The notes under the pieces were generated by a model. The model did no database searches, was not told the DNA's origin, and worked only from the letters and a program-made list of their open reading frames with translations. DNA of 64,000 bases. It comes from Eledone cirrhosa. Taxonomy: Eukaryota. Below, one piece after another: positions 38,301 to 50,619 of the stretch. Made by a program: the position numbers and the translations under genes. Within the stretch, counting starts at the first letter, position 1, and every line of letters begins with the position of its first letter. The stretch lies in contig OZ024751.1 in NCBI GenBank assembly GCA_964016885.1, positions 1,674,001 through 1,738,000 of the forward strand. The letters run 5' to 3'.

Positions 38301-40980
38301 TTTCTGTTGTTGGTGTTGTTAGTGTTACTGTTATTGGTGTTACTGTTGTTGGTGTTGTTGGTCTTACTGTTGTTGGTGATGTTGGTGTTACTGTTGTTGG
38401 TGTTGTTGGTTTTTCTGTTGTTGGTGTTGTTGGTGTTACTGTTGTTGGTGTTGTTGGTTTTACTGTTGTTGGTGTTGTTGGTGTTACTGTTGTTGGTGTT
38501 GTTGGTGTTACTGTTGTTGGTGTTGTTAGTATTACTGTTGTTGGTGTTGGTGGTGTTACTGTTGTTGGTGTTGTTGGTGTTACTGTTGTTGGTGTTGTTG
38601 GTGTTACTGTTGTTGGTGTTGTTAGTGTTACTGTTGTTGGTGTTGTTGGTGTTACTGTTGTTGGTGTTTTGGTGTTACTGTTGTTGGTGTTGTTGGTGTT
38701 ACTGTTGTTGGTGTTGTTAGTATTACTGTTGTTGGTGTTGTTGGTGTTACTGTTGTTGGTGTTGTTAGTATTACTGTTGTGGGTGTTGGTGGTGTTTCTG
38801 TTGTTGGTGTTGTTGGTGTTACTTTTGTTGGTGTTGTTGGTGTTACTGTTGTTGGTGTTGTTAGTGTTACTGTTGTTGGTGTTGTTGGTGTTACTGTTGT
38901 TGGTGTTGGTGGTGTTACTGTTGTTGGTGTTGTTTGTGTTACTGTTGTTGGTGTTGTTGGTGTTACTGTTGTTGGTGTTGTTGGTGTTACTGTTATTGGT
39001 GTTACTGTTGTTGGTGTTGGTGGTGTGACTGTTGTTGGTGTTGTTGGTGTTACTGTTGTTGGTGTTGTTAGTGTTACTGTTGTTGGTGTTGTTAGTGTTA
39101 CTGTTGTTGGTGTTGTTGGTGTTACTGTTGTTGGTGTTATTAGTGTTGCTGTTGTTGGTGTTGTTATTGTTACTGTTGTTGGTGTTGCTGGTGTTACTGT
39201 TGTTGGTGTTGTTGGTGTTACTGCTGTTGGTGTTGTTGGTGTTACTGTTGTTGGTGTTGTTGGTGTTACTGTTGTTGGTGTTATTAGTGTTACTGTTGTT
39301 GGTGTTGTTAGTGTTACTGTTGTTGGTGTTGTTGGTGTTAATGTTGTTGGTGTTGTTAGTGTTACTGTTGTTGGTGTTGTTAGTGTTACTGTTGTTGGTG
39401 TTGGTGTTGGTGTTACTGTTGTTGGTGTTGTTAGTGTTACTGTTGTTGGTGTTGTTAGTGTTACTGTTGTTGGTGTTGTTGGTGTTACTGTTGTTGGTGT
39501 TGTTGGTGTTACTGTTGTTGGTGTTGTTAGTGTTACTGTTGTTGGTGTTGTTGGTGTTACTGTTGTTGGTGTTGTTAGTGTTACTGTTGTTGGTGTTGTT
39601 TTTGTTGGTGTTGGTGGTGTTGGTGTTACTGTTGTTGGTGTTGGTGGTCTTACTATTGTTGGTGTTGTTGGTGTTACTGTTGTTGGTGTTGTTTTTGTTG
39701 GTGTTGGTGGTGTTGGTGTTACTGTTGTTGGTGTTGGTGGTCTTACTGTTGTTGGTGTTGTTGGTGTTACTGTTGTTGGTGTTGTTGGTGTTACTGTTGT
39801 TGGTGTTGTTGGTGTTACTGTTGTTGGTGTTGTTGGTGTTACTGTTATTGGTGTTGTTTTTGTTGGTGTTGGTGGTGTTGGTTTTACTGTTGTTGGTGTT
39901 GTTGGTGTTACCGTTGTTGGTGTTGGTGGTCTTACTGTTGTTGGTGTTGTTGGTATTACTGTTGTTGTTGTTGTTGGTGTTACTGTTGTTGGTGTTATTG
40001 GTGTTACTGTTGTTGGAGTTGTTGGTTTTACTGTTGTTGGTGTTGTTGGTGTTACTGTTGATGGTGTTGTTGGTGTTACTGTTGTTGGTGTTGTTGGTGT
40101 TACTGTTGTTGGTGTTGTTGGTGTTACTGTTGTTGGTGTTGGTGTTACTGTTGTTGGTGTTGTTAGTGTTACTGTTGTTGGTGTTGGTGTTGGTGTTACT
40201 GTTGTTGGTGTTGTTGGTGTTACTGTTGTTGGTGTTGTTGGTGTTACTATTGTGGTGTTGTTAGTGTTACTGTTGTTGGTGTTGTTAGTGTTACAGTTGT
40301 TGTTTTTGTTGCTGTTACTGTTGTTGGTGTTGTCAGTGTTACTGTTGTTGGTGTTGTTAGTGTTACTGTTGTTGGTGTTGTTGGTGTTACTGTTGTTGGT
40401 GTTGTTGGTCTTACTGTTGTTGGTGATGTTGGTGTTACTGTTGTTGGTGTTGTTGGTTTTACTGTTGTTGGTGTTGTTGGTGTTACTGTTGTTGGTGTTG
40501 TTGGTTTTACTGTTGTTGGTGTTGTTGGTGTTACTGTTGTTGGTGTTGTTGGTGTTACTGTTGTTGGTGTTGTTAGTATTACTGTTGTTGGTGTTGGTGG
40601 TGTTACTGTTGTTGGTGTTGTTGGTGTTACTGTTGTTGGTGTTGTTGGTGTTACTGTTGTTGGTGTTGTTAGTGTTACTGTTGTTGGTGTTGTTGGTGTT
40701 ACTGTTGTTGGTGTTTTGGTGTTACTGTTGTTGGTGTTGTTGGTGTTACTGTTGTTGGTGTTGTTAGTATTACTGTTGTTGGTGTTGTTGGTGTTACTGC
40801 TGTTGGTGTTGTTAGTATTACTGTTGTGGGTGTTGGTGGTGTTTCTGTTGTTGGTGTTGTTGGTGTTACTTTTGTTGGTGTTGTTGGTGTTACTGTTGTT
40901 GGTGTTGTTAGTGTTACTGTTGTTGGTGTTGTTGGTGTTACTGTTGTTGGTGTTGGTGGTGTTACTGTTGTTGGTGTTGT
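35330..40980. repeat. Related higher-order units with periods of 1670, 1915 and 2047 bp
   Basis: 'gtgact' markers end ORFs at 35443, 37113 and 39028; 'gtgggtgttggtggtgtttct' at 36864, 38779 and 40826. Confidence 0.82.
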
Positions 40981-43900
40981 TTGTGTTACTGTTGTTGGTG
41001 TTGTTGGTGTTACTGTTGTTGGTGTTGTTGGTGTTACAGTTGTTGGTGTTGTTGGTGTTACTGTTGTTGGTGTTGGTGTTACTGTTGTTGGTGTTGTTAG
41101 TGTTACTGTTGTTGGTGTTGGTGTTGGTGTTACTGTTGTTGGTGTTGTTGGTGTTACTGTTGTTGGTGTTGTTGGTGTTACTGTTGTTGGTGGTGTTGTC
41201 GTTACTGTTGTTGGTGTTGTTGGTGTTACTGTTGTTGGTGTTGTTGGTGTTACTGTTGTTGGTGTTGTTGGTGTTACTGTTGTTGGTGTTGTTGGTGTTA
41301 CTGTTGTTGGTGTTGGTGTTACTGTTGTTGGTGTTGTTAGTGTTACTGTTGTTGGTGTTGGTGTTTGTGTTACTGTTGTTGGTGTTGGTGGTGTTACTGT
41401 TGTTGGTGTTACTGTTGTTGGTGTTGTTGGTGTTACTGTTGTTGGTGTTGTTGGTGTTACTGTTGTTGGTGGTGTTGGTGTTACTGTTGTTGGTGTTGTT
41501 GGTGTTACTGTTATTGGTGTTGGTGGTGTTACTGTTGTTCGTGTTGTTGGTGTTACTGTTGTTGGTGTTGTTGGTGTTACTGTTGTTGATGTTGTTTGTG
41601 TTACTGTTGTTGATGGTGTTGGTGTTACTGTTGTTGCTGTTGTTAGTGTTACTGTTGTTGGTGATGTTGGTGTTACTGTTGTTGGTGTTGTTTGTGTTAC
41701 TGTTGTTGGTGTTGTTGGTGTTACTGTTGTTGGTGTTGTTGGTGTTACTGTTGTTGGTGTTGTTGGTGTTACTGCTTTGGTGTTGTTGGGGTTACTGTTG
41801 TTGGTGTTGTTGGTGTTACTGTTGTTGGTGTTGTTGGTGTTACTGTTGTTGGTGTTGGTGGTGTTACTGTTGTTGGTGTTGTTGGTGTTACTGTTATTGG
41901 TGTTACTGTTGTTGGTGTTGGTGGTGTGACTGTTGTTGGTGTTGTTGGTGTTACTGTTGTTGGTGTTGTTAGTGTTACTGTTGTTGGTGTTGTTAGTGTT
42001 ACTGTTGTTGGTGTTGTTGGTGTTACTGTTGTTGGTGTTGTTAGTGTTACTGTTGTTGGTGTTGTTATTGTTACTGTTGTTGGTGTTGCTGGTGTTACTG
42101 TTGTTGGTGTTGTTGGTGTTACTGCTGTTGGTGTTGTTGGTGTTACTGTTGTTGGTGTTGTTGGTGTTACTGTTGTTGGTGTTGGTGTTACTGTTGTTGG
42201 TGTTGTTAGTGTTACTGTTGTTGGTGTTGGTGTTGGTGTTACTGTTGTTGGTGTTGTTGGTGTTACTGTTGTTGGTGTTGTTGGTGTTACTATTGTGGTG
42301 TTGTTAGTGTTACTGTTGTTGGTGTTGTTAGTGTTACAGTTGTTGTTTTTGTTGCTGTTACTGTTGTTGGTGTTGTCAGTGTTACTGTTGTTGGTGTTGT
42401 TAGTGTTACTGTTGTTGGTGTTGTTGGTGTTACTGTTGTTGGTGTTGTTGGTCTTACTGTTGTTGGTGATGTTGGTGTTACTGTTGTTGGTGTTGTTGGT
42501 TTTACTGTTGTTGGTGTTGTTGGTGTTACTGTTGTTGGTGTTGTTGGTTTTACTGTTGTTGGTGTTGTTGGTGTTACTGTTGTTGGTGTTGTTGGTGTTA
42601 CTGTTGTTGGTGTTGTTAGTATTACTGTTGTTGGTGTTGGTGGTGTTACTGTTGTTGGTGTTGTTGGTGTTACTGTTGTTGGTGTTGTTGGTGTTACTGT
42701 TGTTGGTGTTGTTAGTGTTACTGTTGTTGGTGTTGTTGGTGTTACTGTTGTTGGTGTTTTGGTGTTACTGTTGTTGGTGTTGTTGGTGTTACTGTTGTTG
42801 GTGTTGTTAGTATTACTGTTGTTGGTGTTGTTGGTGTTACTGCTGTTGGTGTTGTTAGTATTACTGTTGTGGGTGTTGGTGGTGTTTCTGTTGTTGGTGT
42901 TGTTGGTGTTACTTTTGTTGGTGTTGTTGGTGTTACTGTTGTTGGTGTTGTTAGTGTTACTGTTGTTGGTGTTGTTGGTGTTACTGTTGTTGGTGTTGGT
43001 GGTGTTACTGTTGTTGGTGTTGTTTGTGTTACTGTTGTTGGTGTTGTTGGTGTTACTGTTGTTGGTGTTGTTGGTGTTACAGTTGTTGGTGTTGTTGGTG
43101 TTACTGTTGTTGGTGTTGGTGTTACTGTTGTTGGTGTTGTTAGTGTTACTGTTGTTGGTGTTGGTGTTGGTGTTACTGTTGTTGGTGTTGTTGGTGTTAC
43201 TGTTGTTGGTGTTGTTGGTGTTACTGTTGTTGGTGGTGTTGTCGTTACTGTTGTTGGTGTTGTTGGTGTTACTGTTGTTGGTGTTGTTGGTGTTACTGTT
43301 GTTGGTGTTGTTGGTGTTACTGTTGTTGGTGTTGTTGGTGTTACTGTTGTTGGTGTTGGTGTTACTGTTGTTGGTGTTGTTAGTGTTACTGTTGTTGGTG
43401 TTGGTGTTTGTGTTACTGTTGTTGGTGTTGGTGGTGTTACTGTTGTTGGTGTTACTGTTGTTGGTGTTGTTGGTGTTACTGTTGTTGGTGTTGTTGGTGT
43501 TACTGTTGTTGGTGGTGTTGGTGTTACTGTTGTTGGTGTTGTTGGTGTTACTGTTATTGGTGTTGGTGGTGTTACTGTTGTTCGTGTTGTTGGTGTTACT
43601 GTTGTTGGTGTTGTTGGTGTTACTGTTGTTGATGTTGTTTGTGTTACTGTTGTTGATGGTGTTGGTGTTACTGTTGTTGCTGTTGTTAGTGTTACTGTTG
43701 TTGGTGATGTTGGTGTTACTGTTGTTGGTGTTGTTTGTGTTACTGTTGTTGGTGTTGTTGGTGTTACTGTTGTTGGTGTTGTTGGTGTTACTGTTGTTGG
43801 TGTTGTTGGTGTTACTGCTTTGGTGTTGTTGGGGTTACTGTTGTTGGTGTTGTTGGTGTTACTGTTGTTGGTGTTGTTGGTGTTACTGTTGTTGGTGTTG

Positions 43901-46035
43901 GTGGTGTTACTGTTGTTGGTGTTGTTGGTGTTACTGTTATTGGTGTTACTGTTGTTGGTGTTGGTGGTGTGACTGTTGTTGGTGTTGTTGGTGTTACTGT
44001 TGTTGGTGTTGTTAGTGTTACTGTTGTTGGTGTTGTTAGTGTTACTGTTGTTGGTGTTGTTGGTGTTACTGTTGTTGGTGTTGTTAGTGTTACTGTTGTT
44101 GGTGTTGTTATTGTTACTGTTGTTGGTGTTGCTGGTGTTACTGTTGTTGGTGTTGTTGGTGTTACTGCTGTTGGTGTTGTTGGTGTTACTGTTGTTGGTG
44201 TTGTTGGTGTTACTGTTGTTGGTGTTGGTGTTACTGTTGTTGGTGTTGTTAGTGTTACTGTTGTTGGTGTTGGTGTTGGTGTTACTGTTGTTGGTGTTGT
44301 TGGTGTTACTGTTGTTGGTGTTGTTGGTGTTACTATTGTGGTGTTGTTAGTGTTACTGTTGTTGGTGTTGTTAGTGTTACAGTTGTTGTTTTTGTTGCTG
44401 TTACTGTTGTTGGTGTTGTCAGTGTTACTGTTGTTGGTGTTGTTAGTGTTACTGTTGTTGGTGTTGTTGGTGTTACTGTTGTTGGTGTTGTTGGTCTTAC
44501 TGTTGTTGGTGATGTTGGTGTTACTGTTGTTGGTGTTGTTGGTTTTACTGTTGTTGGTGTTGTTGGTGTTACTGTTGTTGGTGTTGTTGGTTTTACTGTT
44601 GTTGGTGTTGTTGGTGTTACTGTTGTTGGTGTTGTTGGTGTTACTGTTGTTGGTGTTGTTAGTATTACTGTTGTTGGTGTTGGTGGTGTTACTGTTGTTG
44701 GTGTTGTTGGTGTTACTGTTGTTGGTGTTGTTGGTGTTACTGTTGTTGGTGTTGTTAGTGTTACTGTTGTTGGTGTTGTTGGTGTTACTGTTGTTGGTGT
44801 TTTGGTGTTACTGTTGTTGGTGTTGTTGGTGTTACTGTTGTTGGTGTTGTTAGTATTACTGTTGTTGGTGTTGTTGGTGTTACTGCTGTTGGTGTTGTTA
44901 GTATTACTGTTGTGGGTGTTGGTGGTGTTTCTGTTGTTGGTGTTGTTGGTGTTACTTTTGTTGGTGTTGTTGGTGTTACTGTTGTTGGTGTTGTTAGTGT
45001 TACTGTTGTTGGTGTTGTTGGTGTTACTGTTGTTGGTGTTGGTGGTGTTACTGTTGTTGGTGTTGTTTGTGTTACTGTTGTTGGTGTTGTTGGTGTTACT
45101 GTTGTTGGTGTTGTTGGTGTTACAGTTGTTGGTGTTGTTGGTGTTACTGTTGTTGGTGTTGGTGTTACTGTTGTTGGTGTTGTTAGTGTTACTGTTGTTG
45201 GTGTTGGTGTTGGTGTTACTGTTGTTGGTGTTGTTGGTGTTACTGTTGTTGGTGTTGTTGGTGTTACTGTTGTTGGTGGTGTTGTCGTTACTGTTGTTGG
45301 TGTTGTTGGTGTTACTGTTGTTGGTGTTGTTGGTGTTACTGTTGTTGGTGTTGTTGGTGTTACTGTTGTTGGTGTTGTTGGTGTTACTGTTGTTGGTGTT
45401 GGTGTTACTGTTGTTGGTGTTGTTAGTGTTACTGTTGTTGGTGTTGGTGTTTGTGTTACTGTTGTTGGTGTTGGTGGTGTTACTGTTGTTGGTGTTACTG
45501 TTGTTGGTGTTGTTGGTGTTACTGTTGTTGGTGTTGTTGGTGTTACTGTTGTTGGTGGTGTTGGTGTTACTGTTGTTGGTGTTGTTGGTGTTACTGTTAT
45601 TGGTGTTGGTGGTGTTACTGTTGTTCGTGTTGTTGGTGTTACTGTTGTTGGTGTTGTTGGTGTTACTGTTGTTGATGTTGTTTGTGTTACTGTTGTTGAT
45701 GGTGTTGGTGTTACTGTTGTTGCTGTTGTTAGTGTTACTGTTGTTGGTGATGTTGGTGTTACTGTTGTTGGTGTTGTTTGTGTTACTGTTGTTGGTGTTG
45801 TTGGTGTTACTGTTGTTGGTGTTGTTGGTGTTACTGTTGTTGGTGTTGTTGGTGTTACTGCTTTGGTGTTGTTGGGGTTACTGTTGTTGGTGTTGTTGGT
45901 GTTACTGTTGTTGGTGTTGTTGGTGTTACTGTTGTTGGTGTTGGTGGTGTTACTGTTGTTGGTGTTGTTGGTGTTACTGTTATTGGTGTTACTGTTGTTG
46001 GTGTTGGTGGTGTGACTGTTGTTGGTGTTGTTGGT
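40080..46035. repeat. Near-perfect higher-order repeat, 2043 bp x ~2.9 copies
   Basis: 'gcttt' at 41774/43817/45860. ORFs 40826/42869/44912 have identical translations and are offset by exactly 2043. Confidence 0.95.
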
Positions 46036-49000
46036 GTTACTGGTGTTACTGTTGTTGGTGTTGTTAGTGTTACTGTTGTTGGTGTTGTTAGTGTTACTGT
46101 TGTTGGTGTTGTTGGTGTTACTGTTGTTGGTGTTGTTAGTGTTACTGTTGTTGGTGTTGTTATTGTTACTGTTGTTGGTGTTGCTGGTGTTACTGTTGTT
46201 GGTGTTGTTGGTGTTACTGCTGTTGGTGTTGTTGGTGTTACTGTTGTTGGTGTTGTTGGTGTTACTGTTGTTGGTGTTATTAGTGTTACTGTTGTTGGTG
46301 TTGTTAGTGTTACTGTTGTTGGTGTTGTTGGTGGTAATGTTGTTGGTGTTGTTGGTGTTACTGTTGTTGGTGTTGTTGGTGTTACTCTTGTTGGTGTTGT
46401 TAGTGTTACTGTTGTTGGTGTTGTTGGTGTTACTGTTGTTGGTGTTGTTAGTGTTACTGTTGTTGGTGTTGTTTTTGTTGGTGTTGGTGGTGTTGGTGTA
46501 ACTGTTGTTGGTGTTGGTGGTCTTACTGTTGTTGGTGTTGTTGGTGTTACTGTTGTTGGTGTTGTTTTTGTTGGTGTTGGTGGTGTTGGTGTTACTGTTG
46601 TTGGTGTTGGTGGTCTTACTGTTGTTGGTGTTGTTGGTGTTACTGTTGTTGGTGTTGTTGGTGTTACTGTTGTTGGTGTTGTTGGTGTTACTGTTGTGGT
46701 GTTGTTGGTGTTACTGTTGTTGGTGTTACTGTTGTTGGTGTTGTTTTTGTTGGTGTTGGTGGTGTTGGTTTTACTGTTGTTGGTGTTGTTGGTGTTACCG
46801 TTGTTGGTGTTGGTGGTCTTACTGTTGTTGGTGTTGTTGGTATTACTGTTGTTGGTGTTGTAGGTGTTACTGTTGTTGGTGTTATTGGTGTTACTGTTGT
46901 TGGTGTTGTTGGTTTTACTGTTGTTGGTGTTGTTGGTGTTACTGTTGTTGGTGTTGTTGGTGTTACTGTTGTTGGTAGTGTTGGTGTTACTGTTGTTGGT
47001 GTTCTTGGTGATACTGTTATTGGTGTTGGTGGTGTTACTGTTGTTGGTGTTGTTGGTGTTACTGTTGTTGGTGTTGTTGGTGTTACTGTTGTTGATGTTG
47101 TTTGTGTTACTGTTGTTGATGGTGTTGGTGTTACTGTTGTTGGTGTTGTTAGTGTTACTGTTGTTGGTGATGTTGGTGTTACTATTGTTGGTGTTGTTAG
47201 TGTTACTGTTGTTGGTGTTGTTGGTGTTACTGTTGTTGGTGTTGTTTGTGTTACTGTTGTTGGTGTTGTTGGTGTTACTGTTGTTGGTGTTGTTGGTGTT
47301 ACTGTTGTTGGTGTTGTTGGTGTTACTGCTTTGGTGTTGTTGGGGTTACTGTTGTTGGTGTTGTTGGTGTTACTGTTGTTGGTGTTGTTGGTGTTACTGT
47401 TGTTGGTGTTGGTGATGTTACTGTTGTTGGTGTTGTTGGTGTTACTGTTATTGGTGTTACTGTTGTTGGTGTTGGTGGTGTGACTGTTGTTGGTGTTGTT
47501 GGTGTTACTGTTGTTGGTGTTGTTAGTGTTACTGTTGTTGGTGTTGTTAGTGTTACTGTTGTTGGTGTTGTTGGTGTTACTGTTGTTGGTGTTGTTAGTG
47601 TTGCTGTTGTTGGTGTTGTTAGTGTTACTGTTGTTGGTGTTGCTGGTGTTACTGTTGTTGGTGTTGTTGGTGTTACTGCTGTTGGTGTTGTTGGTGTTAC
47701 TGTTGTTGGTGTTGTTGGTGTTACTGTTGTTGGTGTTATTAGTGTTACTGTTGTTGGTGTTGTTAGTGTTACTGTTGTTGGTGTTGTTGGTGTTAATGTT
47801 GTTGGTGTTGTTAGTGTTACTGTTGTTGGTGTTGTTAGTGTTACTGTTGTTGGTGTTGTTGGTGTTACTGTTGTTGGTGTTGTTAGTGTTACTGTTGTTG
47901 GTGTTGTTGGTGTTACTGTTGTTGGTGTTGTTGGTGTTACTGTTGTTGGTGTTGTTGGTGTTACTGTTGTTGGTGTTGGTGGTGTTTCTGTTGTTGGTGT
48001 TGTTGGCGTTACTTTTGTTGGTGTTGTTGGTGTTACTGTTGTTGGTGTTGTTAGTGTTACTGTTGTTGGTGTTGTTGGTGTTACTGTTGTTGGTGTTGGT
48101 GGTGTTACTGTTGTTGGTGTTATTTGTGTTACTGTTGTTGGTGTTTTTGGTGTTACGGTTGTTGGTGTTGTTGGTGTTACAGTTGTTGGTGTTGTTGGTG
48201 TTACTGTTGTTGGTGTTGGTGTTACTGTTGTTGGTGTTGTTAGTGTTACTGTTGTTGGTGTTGGTGTTGGTGTTACTGTTGTTGGTGTTGTTGGTGTTAC
48301 TGTTGTTGGTGTTGTTGGTGTTACTGTTGTTGGTGGTGTTGTCGTTACTGTTGTTGGTGTTGTTGGTGTTACTGTTGTTGGTGTTGTTGGTGTTACTGTT
48401 GTTGGTGTTGTTGGTGTTACTGTTGTTGGTGTTTTGGTGTTACTGTTGTTGGTGTTGGTGTTACTGTTGTTGGTGTTGTTAGTGTTACTGTTGTTGGTGT
48501 TGGTGTTTGTGTTACTGTTGTTGGTGTTGGTGGTGTTACTGTTGTTGGTGTTACTGTTGTTGGTGTTGTTGGTGTTACTGTTGTTGGTGTTGTTGGTGTT
48601 ACTGTTGTTGGTGGTGTTGGTGTTACTGTTGTTGGTGTTGTTGGTGTTACTGTTATTGGTGTTGGTGGTGTTACTGTTGTTCGTGTTGTTGGTGTTACTG
48701 TTGTTGGTGTTGTTGGTGTTACTGTTGTTGATGTTGTTTGTGTTACTGTTGTTGATGGTGTTGGTGTTACTGTTGTTGGTGATGTTGGTGTTACTGTTGT
48801 TGGTGTTGTTTGTGTTACTGTTGTTGGTGTTGTTGGTGTTACTGTTGTTGGTGTTGTTGGTGTTACTGTTGTTGGTGTTGTTGGTGTTACTGCTTTGGTG
48901 TTGTTGGTGTTACTGTTGTTGGTGTTGTTGGTGTTACTGTTATTGGTGTTACTGTTGTTGGTGTTGGTGGTGGGACTGTTGTTGGTGTTGTTGGTGTTAC

Positions 49001-50619
49001 TGTTGTTGGTGTTGTTAGTGTTACTGTTGTTGGTGTTGTTAGTGTTACTGTTGTTGGTGTTGTTGGTGTTACTGTTGTTGGTGTTGTTAGTGTTACTGTT
49101 GTTGGTGTTGTTATTGTTACTGTTGTTGGTGTTGTTGGTGTTACTGTTGTTGGTGTTACTGTTGTTGGTGTTGTTTTTGTTGGTGTTGGTGGTGTTGGTT
49201 TTACTGTTGTTGGTGTTGTTGGTGTTACCGTTGTTGGTGTTGGTGGTCTTACTGTTGTTGGTGTTGTTGGTATTACTGTTGTTGGTGTTGTAGGTGTTAC
49301 TGTTGTTGGTGTTATTGGTGTTACTGTTGTTGGTGTTGTTGGTTTTACTGTTGTTGGTGTTGTTGGTGTTACTGTTGTGGTGTTGTTGGTGTTACTGTTG
49401 TTGGTGTTACTGTTGTTGGTGTTGTTTTTGTTGGTGTTGGTGGTGTTGGTTTTACTGTTGTTGGTGTTGTTGGTGTTACCGTTGTTGGTGTTGGTGGTCT
49501 TACTGTTGTTGGTGTTGTTGGTATTACTGTTGTTGGTGTTGTAGGTGTTACTGTTGTTGGTGTTATTGGTGTTACTGTTGTTGGTGTTGTTGGTTTTACT
49601 GTTGTTGGTGTTGTTGGTGTTACTGTTATTGGTGTTGGTGGTGTTACTGTTGTTGGTGTTGTTGGTGTTACTGTTGTTGGTGTTGTTGGTGTTACTGTTG
49701 TTGATGTTGTTTGTGTTACTGTTGTTGATGGTGTTGGTGTTACTGTTGTTGGTGTTGTTAGTGTTACTGTTGTTGGTTATGTTGGTGTTACTATTGTTGG
49801 TGTTGTTAGTGTTACTGTTGTTGGTGTTGTTGGTGTTACTGTTGTTGGTGTTGTTTGTGTTACTGTTGTTGGTGTTGTTGGTGTTACTGTTGTTGGTGTT
49901 GTTGGTGTTACTGTTGTTGGTGTTGTTGGTGTTACTGCTTTGGTGTTGTTGGGGTTACTGTTGTTGGTGTTGTTGGTGTTACTGTTGTTGGTGTTGTTGG
50001 TGCTACTGTTGTTGGTGTTGGTGATGTTACTGTTGTTGGTGTTGTTGGTGTTACTGTTATTGGTGTTACTGTTGTTGGTGTTGGTGGTGTAACTGTTGTT
50101 GGTGTTGTTGGTGTTACTGTTGTTGGTGTTGTTAGTGTTACTGTTGTTGGTGTTGTTAGTGTTACTGTTGTTGGTGTTGTTGGTGTTACTGTTGTTGGTG
50201 TTGTTAGTGTTGCTGTTGTTGGTGTTGTTATTGTTACTGTTGTTGGTGTTGCTGGTGTTACTGTTGTTGGTGTTGTTGGTGTTACTGCTGTTGGTGTTGT
50301 TGGTGTTACTGCTGTTGGTGTTGTTGGTGTTACTGTTGTTGGTGTTATTAGTGTTACTGTTGTTGGTGTTGTTAGTGTTACTGTTGTTGGTGTTGTTGGT
50401 GTTAATGTTGTTGGTGTTGTTAGTGTTACTGTTGTTGGTGTTGTTAGTGTTACTGTTGTTGGTGTTGTTGGTGTTACTGTTGTTGGTGTTGTTAGTGTTA
50501 CTGTTGTTGGTGTTGTTGGTGTTACTGTTGTTGGTGTTGTTGGTGTTACTGTTGTTGGTGTTGGTGTTACTGTTGTTGGTGTTGTTAGTGTTACTGTTGT
50601 TGGTGTTGTTGGTGTTACT

